From contig JAYPJE010000016.1 in NCBI GenBank assembly GCA_038128265.1, positions 13,650 to 77,649 of the forward strand: 64,000 nucleotides of DNA, given 5' to 3'. The notes under the pieces were generated by a model. It was given only the letters and a program-made list of their open reading frames with translations. It was not told the DNA's origin and made no database searches. Positions within the stretch are counted from its first letter, which is position 1. Each line of letters begins with the position of its first letter. Position numbers and translations under genes: made by a program. Origin of the DNA: Gemmatimonadota bacterium (GTDB taxonomy: Bacteria; Latescibacterota; UBA2968; UBA8231). Positions 39,068-48,863 of the stretch are shown one piece after another.

Positions 39068-40962
39068 TCCCCGAATTGTCTCAGTACGGCGTTCAAATCG
39101 TCTTCCATCGCTTGCTGCACTTCAGCGCGCCGCTTGCGCGTTTCGAATAGTCTGCGAGCGGCTTCTGCTTCTTCCAATCGCCCCACGCGATAGTATAGCT
39201 TGCCGAGAAAGAAATGCGCTCGGTAGCCATCGGGCTCTATATCCCGCAGGCGCTCAAATACGGACAGCGCCTCTACAAAGCGCTCGTCAACGGCCAACAG
39301 CTTGCCCAACTCCCACAGGGCCGAAGGCTGGTCGGAATCCATGGCCAACACGGCATTCAACGCCTCCTCGGCGGCTTGCCTTTCGCCTCGCTCGACCAAC
39401 AAGACCGCCGAACGCCAACCGGCCTCTACGCTCCAGGCCGAGTGCGCGCTCAACAAACTATACGCTTCCAACGCTTCGTCTAGGCGCCCTACCGATTCAC
39501 ACAATCGGGCCAATCCATAGCGCACGCGCGCGCTGTCCGGATGGCTAACCAACGCCTCGCGATAGGCTTCTAACGCCCCTTCTACATCTCCCATGAGCAG
39601 GCGAGCATCGCCGAGAACACCCAGCCAGCGATCGCCTTTGGGGTCGCCGTCGCTCAGTGCCTGATATTCTTTCGCTGCCTCGCGCGGCATATCGGCGAGC
39701 ATATACGCACGGGCCTGCTCGGCGCGAATGTTCAGACCAATCGCATCGGTGAATTTTGCCCGCGCTTGCTCATAGACCCGACCGGCGCGCCGATAGTCAC
39801 CCATTTCCCCATAGAGTCGAGCTAGGCCCACATATGCTCCAACTGGGGCCGAATCAAATCCAATGGCTGACTCGTACTCCCTTGCCGCATTGGCACTCAT
39901 CGCCAATTGCTCGTAAGCACGTGCGCGCACCTGACGCTCATGCACTGTTCCCCGTTCCTGCCAGACGTGCCCCCCGCGGTTGCACACGACGACAAGCGCC
40001 GCAAGCACGACCCAACCCAGCACCGCGCGCCGACCGGGCAGCACGCCTACCCACAGTTGCACGATCCCCTGCGCCGCTGCCAGCAGCAGTATTGGCACAG
40101 CCACTGTGCGCAGCGCGGGATGCCCACCGTATGGGACGGTGAGGGCTATGACCGCTAGGCAAGCCACCAGAACGAACTTTTTTTCTGCGACCGCTCTGCT
40201 CCGCCAAAGGGCGAACAAACCCAACAACATTAGAGGCCCTATTGCACCCCAGGGAAAAAACAGCCACCGGTGCCACAGCAGCGCGGCAACGATGGTTCCC
40301 TCTGTCGCCAGATAGGGATCGGCCAAATCGGCCCATTCTCCGCCCCAGAAAAATCGCGCCAAAGCCGAAGGCCAATCGGCCGCCCCTGCAGGCTGTAGCG
40401 CTGACCATCCTCCGGTCCACAGCAGCATCGAAAGCAGGCCCAGCAGCCAACCAACCACCATAAACGCCGCATGGCGCGATGCCCTTTTGCCAGCACACCA
40501 AATGCCGACCACGACCAGCAGGCGAACCGGCCCCGATAGCGCGCCCGCCATGCCAAGCAGGAGTCCGGTCCAGACTGAATGGACGCGCCAGACGACCAGC
40601 GACGTCAGACCGACAAGCGATAAGAATGCGGCCCAAGATCCAGCACCGACCTGTCCTTCCATGTATATAGACGGACCGTAACAAGCGGCCATTGCGCCCG
40701 CTAAAAAGCCCACCCCGTGGTCCAACAAGGTCGCTGCCAACTTCCAAACCAGCAGGCAGTTGACCACGCCGATACCCAGTTGAAGACCGATCAGCACCCC
40801 CTGCGATACACCCCACTGGCTCCACATGCCATCGGCTTGCGCCGCCGCGCTCAAGGGATCCTGGCCGACCTGCCATAGATAGACGACTCGCCACAGCAGG
40901 GCCACTAGCCCAATGGCCACTACAGCCAAGAGCGAACCTCCACTCGCGCGCTCCCAATTCAC
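39064..40962 (-). CDS. Polytopic membrane protein (GT-C/PMT-like N-half) with C-terminal TPR repeats
   Basis: Many hydrophobic segments, then TPRs (AYVGLARLY, LGDARLLMGD..GA, YGLARL, LGKLY). Confidence 0.65.
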   Translation of the reverse strand: MNWERASGGSLLAVVAIGLVALLWRVVYLWQVGQDPLSAAAQADGMWSQWGVSQGVLIGLQLGIGVVNCLLVWKLAATLLDHGVGFLAGAMAACYGPSIYMEGQVGAGSWAAFLSLVGLTSLVVWRVHSVWTGLLLGMAGALSGPVRLLVVVGIWCAGKRASRHAAFMVVGWLLGLLSMLLWTGGWSALQPAGAADWPSALARFFWGGEWADLADPYLATEGTIVAALLWHRWLFFPWGAIGPLMLLGLFALWRSRAVAEKKFVLVACLAVIALTVPYGGHPALRTVAVPILLLAAAQGIVQLWVGVLPGRRAVLGWVVLAALVVVCNRGGHVWQERGTVHERQVRARAYEQLAMSANAAREYESAIGFDSAPVGAYVGLARLYGEMGDYRRAGRVYEQARAKFTDAIGLNIRAEQARAYMLADMPREAAKEYQALSDGDPKGDRWLGVLGDARLLMGDVEGALEAYREALVSHPDSARVRYGLARLCESVGRLDEALEAYSLLSAHSAWSVEAGWRSAVLLVERGERQAAEEALNAVLAMDSDQPSALWELGKLLAVDERFVEALSVFERLRDIEPDGYRAHFFLGKLYYRVGRLEEAEAARRLFETRKRRAEVQQAMEDDLNAVLRQFGE

Positions 40963-40997
40963 TTGGCCGATATCTCATGGCGCGTTTGCATACCCTA

Positions 40998-43670
40998 CTA
41001 GTTCAGACCAGCGAAAATGGTGATGAAAGACTGACTCGTTAGCCGCGCTTTCTGACCGGAGAAGTCCTTGCGCTCCAGCGACCAACCCACCAAAGCGCGC
41101 AGTCGATAGCCGAGGTAGTCGGACTCATTGCTAAACTGCACTGCACCGACGAGTGAATTGAAATCCATCGAATCGTCTTCCAGATCGTTGAAGTACATGT
41201 ACTCAATACCAGCCTGTAGCATGGTGACCTTCAGCACGGGCACCCGAAAGAGAGCCGAGGCCAACTCCGTCAGCGAAGTCTCATCATTCTCGGAAAACAG
41301 ACCGCGGCTCTGTTTGCGAAATTCGCTTTTAAAACGCGGCTCTATGACGACGCGTCCGATATTGCGGCGATAGCCAATCTTGTTGATGACGCCGAAAAAG
41401 AAGTCCGACTTGTCGAGCCCGTGCATCTGGCGATCAGCCCGACTCATCAGCTGGTTGAAGAGCACGTAGTTGAGCTTGTTCATCATGGAAACCGAACCGC
41501 GCTGCAGCGCGTGCCCGAGAAACGACTGACTCACAAACGTATCCCTTGCGAGCAGCGGATCTTCCACCTGCGTCAACTCGCCGCCCAGCAGCGTGTTGTC
41601 CGGAGCCCACTGCAATAGGTTGTTGGGAATGTCGTCCTCGACCTTTTTGACCATCTGAAATACGCGCAGCCGACCAAGGCGCGGTGAATCGCCGTCGTAG
41701 GTCATCATTCCATACAGACTGTGGTTTTTCTGATTTGATGAGATCAATCCCTCGCGCAGCACGCCCAGCGACACGCTCATTTCAGGCGTGATATCGGCCT
41801 TGCCATAGACGTTATAACCACGGTGGTCTTTGCGGTAGGGATAGTCCGGCAGTTCGTCGTTCTCGTACTGATCTATCCAGAAGTTGTTGTTCATATCGAC
41901 GCCGAATAGAAACTCGGGGCGATCCGACGCATAGCGCAGAAACGGCTCCTCGTAGTCAGGCGTTACGTTTGAGCGAACGAGGTTGTCGTTTTGGTTGATA
42001 TCGGGGATGAAGTCGTTGTTCTGGTCCCATCCGGGAAATACGCGCGAATCGCCCGGCAGCCAGTCGAAGCGCACGGTGTCGGGATTGCGATCCTGATCGT
42101 CGTTATCCTCAACCAGTTCGACCATGCCGCGACGCTCGCTGTCATACTCTATGCCGCCAGCCCCCTGCGTGATAAAGGTCCGCGTATTGTAGTGCGGATC
42201 CATGCTGTATGCTTCGCCAAACAGAGAAAAAACCGATGACTTCTTCGACGCATTGATCATCCAAGCAGGTGCGCTGCGCTGCGAGCCTACGCCAGAATAC
42301 GCCTTGTGGCTCTCCTCGTTTGGATTGGGGTACTTGCGATAGTTCCAGTTCAGATCGTATTCGCCGTAAATATCGATTCCTTTGAAGTTGCGCACTTCAA
42401 TCGTTCCGCCAAAAATATGCGTCGCCGTCGGAAGGCCGTACTCAAAGCGAACGGTTTCCAAATTCGTGATGTCCTGGACGTTGCCCTCAGCCTGCGCCAC
42501 GAGCAGCAGCACCGGCTGACCGTCCGTATTGGTCTGCTGATCGGACGTCATCCAGATCTGGTAGTCGTTGCCGACCGAAAGGCGAAACTCAACTTTCTCA
42601 ATTTCTTCTTTGGCCTGGCTGGACTGGTCGACAAAAGACGGGCTGTTGAAATCGTAGAGCAGGCGGATTTCTTCGGAGCCGTTAGCGGCAATAAAGCCCT
42701 GCTCAACAAATCCCCCTTCGACGATAGGCTCAAAGCGGATATCTTTCCCCGAGTCTACCGTGCCGTCGCGATACGTGATAACCACGTCGGAACCGGCGGG
42801 GAAGTAGGCCGCTCCGCCTACGCCGTCTTCCGGCGAGTCGTCGCGCAGAACGACCTGGATAAAGCCGACCGTCTTGTTTTGTCCGACGGTGAGCGCTCCG
42901 GCGAATGGATTGCCGGCGAGTTTGTCCGACAGCGTATTAGACTGGTGTGCGTTGACCGTATGGAGCGCCACTTCGACGAAGTCACCAAGCCCAACGCCAA
43001 AGCGCCCGCCAAGCAGCGTCGTATTGTTCGTGCGCGGAACTTCCAATTCGGCGGTAGACGATCCACCCGGACTGCTGATGCGCGAGTAGATCAGCGTCGC
43101 CTCGTAGCGATCCGTGCCCAAGTCGAACTGAACGCCGTCAAAGCGCGGCTTGGAAAAGACCATCGGACTCAGCACCGAACGCAGTTGGCTACTCACGGTC
43201 AGCGCGTAGTGGTACTGGCCCTGTTGGTCGGTAGCCACCACGACGTCGGAAAACCACTGGCTGAAGCGATCCGATTTAAACAGCGTATTACCAAACTGCA
43301 GAGGGCGGATCTGCGCGTTGTTAAAAATCAACCATCCGCGCGTCACGTAATTGCCGTAAAGGTCGTAAAAGTAATCGCCCTCCAACGTGGTTTCCACGTA
43401 GCGCTGATAGGGGTTGCGCGCGTAGTTGGTATACTCCCACTGCCGCCACTGATACTCCTTGTACAACTCCTGCGGCACATACCAACGGCGCATCGCCGGA
43501 TCCAGCGCTCCCAGCATAACTCCGGGACCCTGCGGCGCGTAGCTCGTTTCGGTCTGCGATTGGAGGCCCAACCGCGTTCCGTAGTCTACCTGTGCGCTTC
43601 CCGTCTCCGTGATCGCCAGCAAAGCTACGGCTAGCGACGAGGCGAAAAGTACTTTAGAAATCGCTTTCAA
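40998..43670 (-). CDS. Large exported protein, predicted outer-membrane beta-barrel (paralog A)
   Basis: TTG 43670 after AAGGGAGG; signal peptide (GSA-Q); shares RRWYVPQELY.EY.WRQWEYTNYAR and many other blocks with paralog B. Confidence 0.6.
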   Translation of the reverse strand: MKAISKVLFASSLAVALLAITETGSAQVDYGTRLGLQSQTETSYAPQGPGVMLGALDPAMRRWYVPQELYKEYQWRQWEYTNYARNPYQRYVETTLEGDYFYDLYGNYVTRGWLIFNNAQIRPLQFGNTLFKSDRFSQWFSDVVVATDQQGQYHYALTVSSQLRSVLSPMVFSKPRFDGVQFDLGTDRYEATLIYSRISSPGGSSTAELEVPRTNNTTLLGGRFGVGLGDFVEVALHTVNAHQSNTLSDKLAGNPFAGALTVGQNKTVGFIQVVLRDDSPEDGVGGAAYFPAGSDVVITYRDGTVDSGKDIRFEPIVEGGFVEQGFIAANGSEEIRLLYDFNSPSFVDQSSQAKEEIEKVEFRLSVGNDYQIWMTSDQQTNTDGQPVLLLVAQAEGNVQDITNLETVRFEYGLPTATHIFGGTIEVRNFKGIDIYGEYDLNWNYRKYPNPNEESHKAYSGVGSQRSAPAWMINASKKSSVFSLFGEAYSMDPHYNTRTFITQGAGGIEYDSERRGMVELVEDNDDQDRNPDTVRFDWLPGDSRVFPGWDQNNDFIPDINQNDNLVRSNVTPDYEEPFLRYASDRPEFLFGVDMNNNFWIDQYENDELPDYPYRKDHRGYNVYGKADITPEMSVSLGVLREGLISSNQKNHSLYGMMTYDGDSPRLGRLRVFQMVKKVEDDIPNNLLQWAPDNTLLGGELTQVEDPLLARDTFVSQSFLGHALQRGSVSMMNKLNYVLFNQLMSRADRQMHGLDKSDFFFGVINKIGYRRNIGRVVIEPRFKSEFRKQSRGLFSENDETSLTELASALFRVPVLKVTMLQAGIEYMYFNDLEDDSMDFNSLVGAVQFSNESDYLGYRLRALVGWSLERKDFSGQKARLTSQSFITIFAGLN

Positions 43671-43731
43671 GCGTGCCTCCCTTAAATATGCAACCATTCG
43701 TCCCGGTCTGAACTCGGCGTGTCGCGCCCTA

Positions 43732-46700
43732 TTAGTACGCCACACCAACCAACTGCACCAACTGCTGCCCCGAAACATCTTCGGCATCGGTTTCTACGTC
43801 CACTTGGGCAATGTATAGCCCTGGCACGACCAAGACCCCATCATCGGCCCGGCCGTCCCAATGAAACTGCTGTGACCCACCCGACACGACGCGCTCTATG
43901 GTGCGCACGCGCCGCCCGTCCAAGCTGTAGATATGCACACTTACTGGGCGAGCGGCATGCACCTTGAACAGAGAGAAAGAGATGATCGTCTGGTCGTTAA
44001 TCGCATCGCCGTTGGGCGTAAACGGGTTGGGCGCCACCTGCATTTTTTCGACCACATTGCCCGCGCCTTGGGCCAAGATCTCCAGACCAACGCCCGGTAC
44101 GACTTCCGTTACGTCTTCCGCGCTCGCCTCCTGCCACACCCCGCCGCTCGCGCCGTTGCGCACGGCGACCTTGATATTGGATCCCTGTAGAAAAATGCGC
44201 GAAGCAATGCGCAGACGTATCAAATCGCCCAAACTAACTACGGCTCCTCGACGGCTGGTCGGCAGACGATTGTAGTCGGTCTCCGTCAACAGCTCACCGT
44301 CGTCATCGTAGGGCGACTCTTCGCCCAGGGCCGCAACGATGCGGAAGTAGCGGACGGGGCCGCGCTCCTCGACGGGCAGATCTTCGTACTCGTCGCGATC
44401 CACTTCGGTCAGCCCGCTTTCCCGCTGGCGAAAATAGCGGATATCGCCCTGTTGATCGATCGGTAGTATCGAATGCGAGGTCGCTGTTAGCAGCAAACCG
44501 TCCACCGTCGTCGGCACCGAATCGCCGACTTCCAACCTGCGATTGAATACGCTAGCCGCCCCCGCCGCACTCTCGAGCGGCTGTGGGAAGCGCACCCAGA
44601 CCGAATCGCTCTGGTCGCCTGCAACCTGCACAATACTTCCCGCCGCGCTAGCCAACCCGTCGCCGTCTGGCAGGTCGTAGATGACAGCAGGCGACTCGTT
44701 CTGAAAATCCTCTTCCGTGCCGACAGCCACATCGATCAGGTTCATATCCCATTGGGGCTCAGAGCGCAGCAGCATCTCGTCGAATCCGGGCTGAACGAGC
44801 GCGATGGGCTGTGTGAGAAAGCCCGGGCGTAAAAACACTTCGAACGTGTCGAGAATACCGGCCTGCGTTTGCGCCGGCCACAGTTCGGCGCGCAGTTCCT
44901 GCGCAACCGGATTGTGCAGCTGCACCGATATGCGCTCAAGTGCCGGCGCGACAATTCGGCTATTGCTAATCAAGCGGGCCTGAATTTGCATGTAGCGACG
45001 CAAACTGGGCGACGTAACCCGGTCTCCCCGGTTGATGTATTTCTGGCTCCACGGACTCCAGTCAGGCCCCAGAGACAGGGTTGTATCGGTCACGCCCTTT
45101 AGAAAACCGGGTAGCTTACTATATTGCTCCTCCGTCTGCTCCTCACCGCTATTTTTAAAGTAGCGCACAATCTGAAAGAGCTGGTTACCCGTCCGCGTGC
45201 GGATTTCGACCTGCGTGCCAGGCGGCGTGCTGGCCTCCCAGTCAATAGCACCGAGGTTGAAATTGCCCGGCAATTCGATCAAGTCCGACTCGGCCACCAC
45301 TTCGGCCGCCGGTCCCTCTGAAAAGATCTGCACTTCCGCAATCCAGGGCCAAAATTCGTCAATGCCAGCCCCAATATTATCCAAGTTAGTGTTGATAAAG
45401 GTGGTCAATTCGAGATAGCGGAGTTTGACCGGTGGATCCACCACGTCGTTTAGCGTAGTGAAGGAGCCGTTGTCGATATTCTTTTCGCGCTCGGGCGGAC
45501 TCAAGGCCTGCCACAGCAGTTCGCCTCTGGCATCGCGCGCACCGGAAGAGCCGCGCATCAGGTACCCTCGTATGCCATCGGTGAAATAGCGAATTTCCTT
45601 AAGCCAGATCGACCCACCTAGGTCGACTATGAGGATATTGTCGTCGGGCTTTTCCGGATCGCGCGACGCGTGCTGATATCGGGTGGCACCATCTCCATCA
45701 AAAGCGGCTATAGGCGCCGCATTGGAAAAGGTGTGGCTGATCGATCCTCCCAATCGCGCCAATCCCATACTCAGATTGTCGCCCATAGCCCAAGCGCCGA
45801 CTTCAGCGAGGCGGGGCAGCTCGCGCCGATAGTACAGGCGCCGTCCCTGGCGTTCCGGTTCCAACGCCAAGTAGGTCGCTTCGTCTACCGGTTCTTCTCG
45901 GCCAGTTAGATCTTGGACGAAGTACTCTATGTCGCCGCGCTCGTTCACAGGCAGCGCCTGCCAGGCTTCCTCGCTTATCAGCTCGGCTCGTCCAAAGCGC
46001 GAATCGGTGATGACGATGCGGATCGTCTCAATCTTGCGCCCCGTCCACTCAAAGTTGCTCACATTGGATACGAAGTTCGACTGATGACGGCCTGTCGCTA
46101 CGCTGGCCGCCGAGAAGCGCTTTGACTCAACCGGCACATCGACCGGCAGCCCGTCGCTGACGGAACCGCTCTGAAAGATATAGGTGCGCTGGTCGGTGTT
46201 GGGCGCCTCGAAAGGCACGAAGCGCGAAAAGCGCAGGTTTCCTTCTTCAAAACGACTGGGCGTCTGGCGCTCGCTCAGCAGTAGAATAAACTTGTGGAAG
46301 GGATCGCCCTGCTCCTCGTCGACAAACTGCAGGCGCAGCTGTTCCAACGGCACGACGCGCGCCAGGTCGACCTCGATCCACCACTGACTAATTGGGTCGT
46401 TCGGATCCGGCTCCCAGTAGGTATTAGGGTCACCGTCAAAAATATTGGCGGCCATCTGCGGGTTCGATCCTACGCGACTCACGCCGGGGCGCACGGCATA
46501 ATCAAAGATGGCCTTTCCTTGCGTATCGAGTAGAATTTCACCCTTGTCGTTGATGCGCACCGTGCTGTCAATCGTCGCGATGCGCGCATCCTTGCTAAAG
46601 ATTTCCAGCGGGCGTCGAAAACTCGTATCGGCTAAGACGTTGTACACCGTTCGGAACGATTTGGGAGCGATGCGTCCCAGCGAATCGACGTATGCTAAGT

Positions 46701-46866
46701 TGGCCGGGATGGTCCAATTGGACCAGTTGGCACGCCCCTCGACCACAACCTGCTCTGCATCGATTCGATAGCCCAGCTGCGCATTACTCGGCGCGACATG
46801 CAGCGCCAGCCACAGCGCCGCCAACGCCAGCCGTACTACACGCCCGTGCATTTTCTCTTTCTTCAT
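43732..46866 (-). CDS. Large secreted protein with discoidin/F5-8C-like domains and TPNGD/FlgD-Ig C-terminal domain
   Basis: Signal peptide, FDGDPNTYW..WIEVDL, FDGDGAT, RTRTG..WSPWS..SPS.RRY; PNPFTPNGDAIND..WDGRADDG. Confidence 0.7.
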   Translation of the reverse strand: MKKEKMHGRVVRLALAALWLALHVAPSNAQLGYRIDAEQVVVEGRANWSNWTIPANLAYVDSLGRIAPKSFRTVYNVLADTSFRRPLEIFSKDARIATIDSTVRINDKGEILLDTQGKAIFDYAVRPGVSRVGSNPQMAANIFDGDPNTYWEPDPNDPISQWWIEVDLARVVPLEQLRLQFVDEEQGDPFHKFILLLSERQTPSRFEEGNLRFSRFVPFEAPNTDQRTYIFQSGSVSDGLPVDVPVESKRFSAASVATGRHQSNFVSNVSNFEWTGRKIETIRIVITDSRFGRAELISEEAWQALPVNERGDIEYFVQDLTGREEPVDEATYLALEPERQGRRLYYRRELPRLAEVGAWAMGDNLSMGLARLGGSISHTFSNAAPIAAFDGDGATRYQHASRDPEKPDDNILIVDLGGSIWLKEIRYFTDGIRGYLMRGSSGARDARGELLWQALSPPEREKNIDNGSFTTLNDVVDPPVKLRYLELTTFINTNLDNIGAGIDEFWPWIAEVQIFSEGPAAEVVAESDLIELPGNFNLGAIDWEASTPPGTQVEIRTRTGNQLFQIVRYFKNSGEEQTEEQYSKLPGFLKGVTDTTLSLGPDWSPWSQKYINRGDRVTSPSLRRYMQIQARLISNSRIVAPALERISVQLHNPVAQELRAELWPAQTQAGILDTFEVFLRPGFLTQPIALVQPGFDEMLLRSEPQWDMNLIDVAVGTEEDFQNESPAVIYDLPDGDGLASAAGSIVQVAGDQSDSVWVRFPQPLESAAGAASVFNRRLEVGDSVPTTVDGLLLTATSHSILPIDQQGDIRYFRQRESGLTEVDRDEYEDLPVEERGPVRYFRIVAALGEESPYDDDGELLTETDYNRLPTSRRGAVVSLGDLIRLRIASRIFLQGSNIKVAVRNGASGGVWQEASAEDVTEVVPGVGLEILAQGAGNVVEKMQVAPNPFTPNGDAINDQTIISFSLFKVHAARPVSVHIYSLDGRRVRTIERVVSGGSQQFHWDGRADDGVLVVPGLYIAQVDVETDAEDVSGQQLVQLVGVAY

Positions 46867-46869
46867 CGA

Positions 46870-48555
46870 TTACGACTCCTCGTCAGCAACCAGACGATCG
46901 GGAAACTGCACCACCCGATCTGCATATTTCTCTCGCAAGCGGCTGATAAAACGCCCCACCAACTCGCTCTCATTCTGCTGGCGCAGCAGCGCCTCTACGC
47001 GCGGACGCGCTCCGTCAAACGGTTCGATCTGTTCCTCGCGGCGACCAAGCACCTGAAAGACGGCAAAGTGACCGTCTTTGGTCTCAATGGGGCCAACCCA
47101 CTCGCCGTCCGCCGCGGCAAAGGCCGCGTCAAATAGCACGGGATAACGCGAGCGAAAAACCGGCGTTAACGCCATTTCGCCCGTGCGCGGCTTGCCGTGC
47201 GTTTCGGCATCGCGGCGAATCAACAGGCGTCCGATGGGGGTCCCATCTTTTAACTGCTGGAGAAAACCTTCGGCGTCTTCGAGCGTGCTGGCGGACAGTT
47301 CGCGAATCCGCACCTCGCGCGGAATGACGAAGCGGCTCTTATTGGCTTCGTAAAAGGCGTGCACTTCACCTTCGTCAAACGCCTGGCTGGCCACCGTTTC
47401 TCTGGCCATTAGCGCCGTCAAAATCAGCTTGTTTTTTTCCTGCTGATGCCAGCCGACAAATTCGTCCTCTCGATTCCATCCGCGCTCCTGCGCAACCCGC
47501 TCAAATAGCAGCGGACGAAGCAGCAGATCCTCAAATAGGCGCTGGGCAAAAACCGAGTCGGGCGGCGGCCCCGATGCGCCTTGTGCCTTCAGGTAGTCTA
47601 TGCCCTCGCCCACCGTCATCTGCCCTTCGCTCAGACTGAACAACACCTGCCCATCGGTAGCCACATCGAGCTTATCGGCTCGACGCTTGCGCAATGCGTC
47701 GATGAGTGCTCCCATCGCCTCTGCGCGCACCTCCACTCCATAGCGGTGCTTCAGCTGCTCGAATTCCTCGCGATTGCCCGCCTGCCACTTGCGATCGCGC
47801 ACCAAGCGGTATACTTCCTGCTGATAGGTAGCTAACTCCGGCGTGCGCTCATCCAAAAAGCGGTAGATCTGCCAGCCGCGCGAAAGCCGCACGGGCGGCG
47901 CCACTTCATCCAAGCCGACCGTAAAGAACACGCGGCGAGGTATGAGAAAACGCCGCTCGGCTTCGGAGCCATTAAACCATCCGACGACGCCATCGCCTTC
48001 GGCGATTGCATCGTTGGGGGCAAATTCATCGACCAATTCGGCGAAAGACCGACCGGCGGCCAACTCGGACAGCACGCGGTCGCGATCCGCCTCGCTGCGC
48101 ACGAGTATGCGACTCAGCAAGCGTTCGCTGTTCAATCGGCTGTCGACAAACTCGCGCTGCAAGTCCTCTTCCGTGACTTCAATGCTCGGCGCAATTTCGC
48201 GAACCTGGTAGAGTTCGGACAGGCGGCGACGCGTGATAAAGGCGAGTTCCTGCTGAATTTCGACGTCTTCGTACAACCCGCGCTCGGTTGCTTCCAGCAG
48301 GAGCAACTCGCGGTCGACCATCGCCTGCAAGTAGCCTGCCTGCGAAGCGGCGTCGCGCCGCACGTTTTCCTTTATGGGCGATAGGTTGCTAACAAATTGC
48401 TCATATTCAACGCGCGTGATCTCAACTTGGCCGACGCGCGCCAGCACGGCGTCGTTATCACCGCACCCGCTCGATATCGTTAGCACACACGCAAAGGCCA
48501 CTGCGAACCAAGTAAAGCGATGTACCGTGTGGACCCATTTTTTGCGAGCACTCAT
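46870..48555 (-). CDS. PpiC/SurA-PrsA-like peptidyl-prolyl isomerase lipoprotein (two rotamase modules)
   Basis: Lipobox ISSGC, VLARVG..EIT, GRSFAELV, GW.IY, GPIET..GHF. Confidence 0.8.
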   Translation of the reverse strand: MSARKKWVHTVHRFTWFAVAFACVLTISSGCGDNDAVLARVGQVEITRVEYEQFVSNLSPIKENVRRDAASQAGYLQAMVDRELLLLEATERGLYEDVEIQQELAFITRRRLSELYQVREIAPSIEVTEEDLQREFVDSRLNSERLLSRILVRSEADRDRVLSELAAGRSFAELVDEFAPNDAIAEGDGVVGWFNGSEAERRFLIPRRVFFTVGLDEVAPPVRLSRGWQIYRFLDERTPELATYQQEVYRLVRDRKWQAGNREEFEQLKHRYGVEVRAEAMGALIDALRKRRADKLDVATDGQVLFSLSEGQMTVGEGIDYLKAQGASGPPPDSVFAQRLFEDLLLRPLLFERVAQERGWNREDEFVGWHQQEKNKLILTALMARETVASQAFDEGEVHAFYEANKSRFVIPREVRIRELSASTLEDAEGFLQQLKDGTPIGRLLIRRDAETHGKPRTGEMALTPVFRSRYPVLFDAAFAAADGEWVGPIETKDGHFAVFQVLGRREEQIEPFDGARPRVEALLRQQNESELVGRFISRLREKYADRVVQFPDRLVADEES

Positions 48556-48712
48556 AACGCCGACTTGCGATCTCTCCAGTTTAAACCATGCACTAGCTAA
48601 ACCAGGCCAACGAAAATCGGCCCATACAACAAGCAATACCGATTGGTCGACCGGGTTGTAAAATTTACAAACTTGTTATCGCCAATACATCTTATATTGG
48701 TCGAGTTTTTTG

Positions 48713-48777
48713 GACATACCATGCTACAATATAGACATAATATCACTTTTGGGACATTAAAGCAAGAAAAGCGACCT
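48713..48777. promoter_or_regulatory. GACAT direct-repeat array in the AT-rich promoter of the large cluster
   Basis: GACAT at 48713, 48734, 48753 and GACCT at 48773. Confidence 0.5.
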
Positions 48778-48863
48778 CTCACTACACCATCCCAACATTG
48801 TGATACCTCTGATTCACACTTGAGCGTCTATGCCCAACCCCGCACAGACCAGCCATTCCAAGA

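Noticed and set aside
42306..43634. 442-aa plus-strand ORF (likewise 25327-26214, 62997-63905, and the alternate-frame 39938-40978)
   Set aside because: Antisense or alternate-frame ORFs overlapping well-supported genes, with no motifs; expected at high GC.
43671..43787. Apparent overlap of barrel A with the upstream gene
   Set aside because: It disappears using the TTG at 43670, which has a strong RBS and is followed by a signal peptide.
34927..46866. Flagellar hook-cap (flgD) genes
   Set aside because: Only the C-terminal Ig-like module resembles FlgD; there is no flagellar context.
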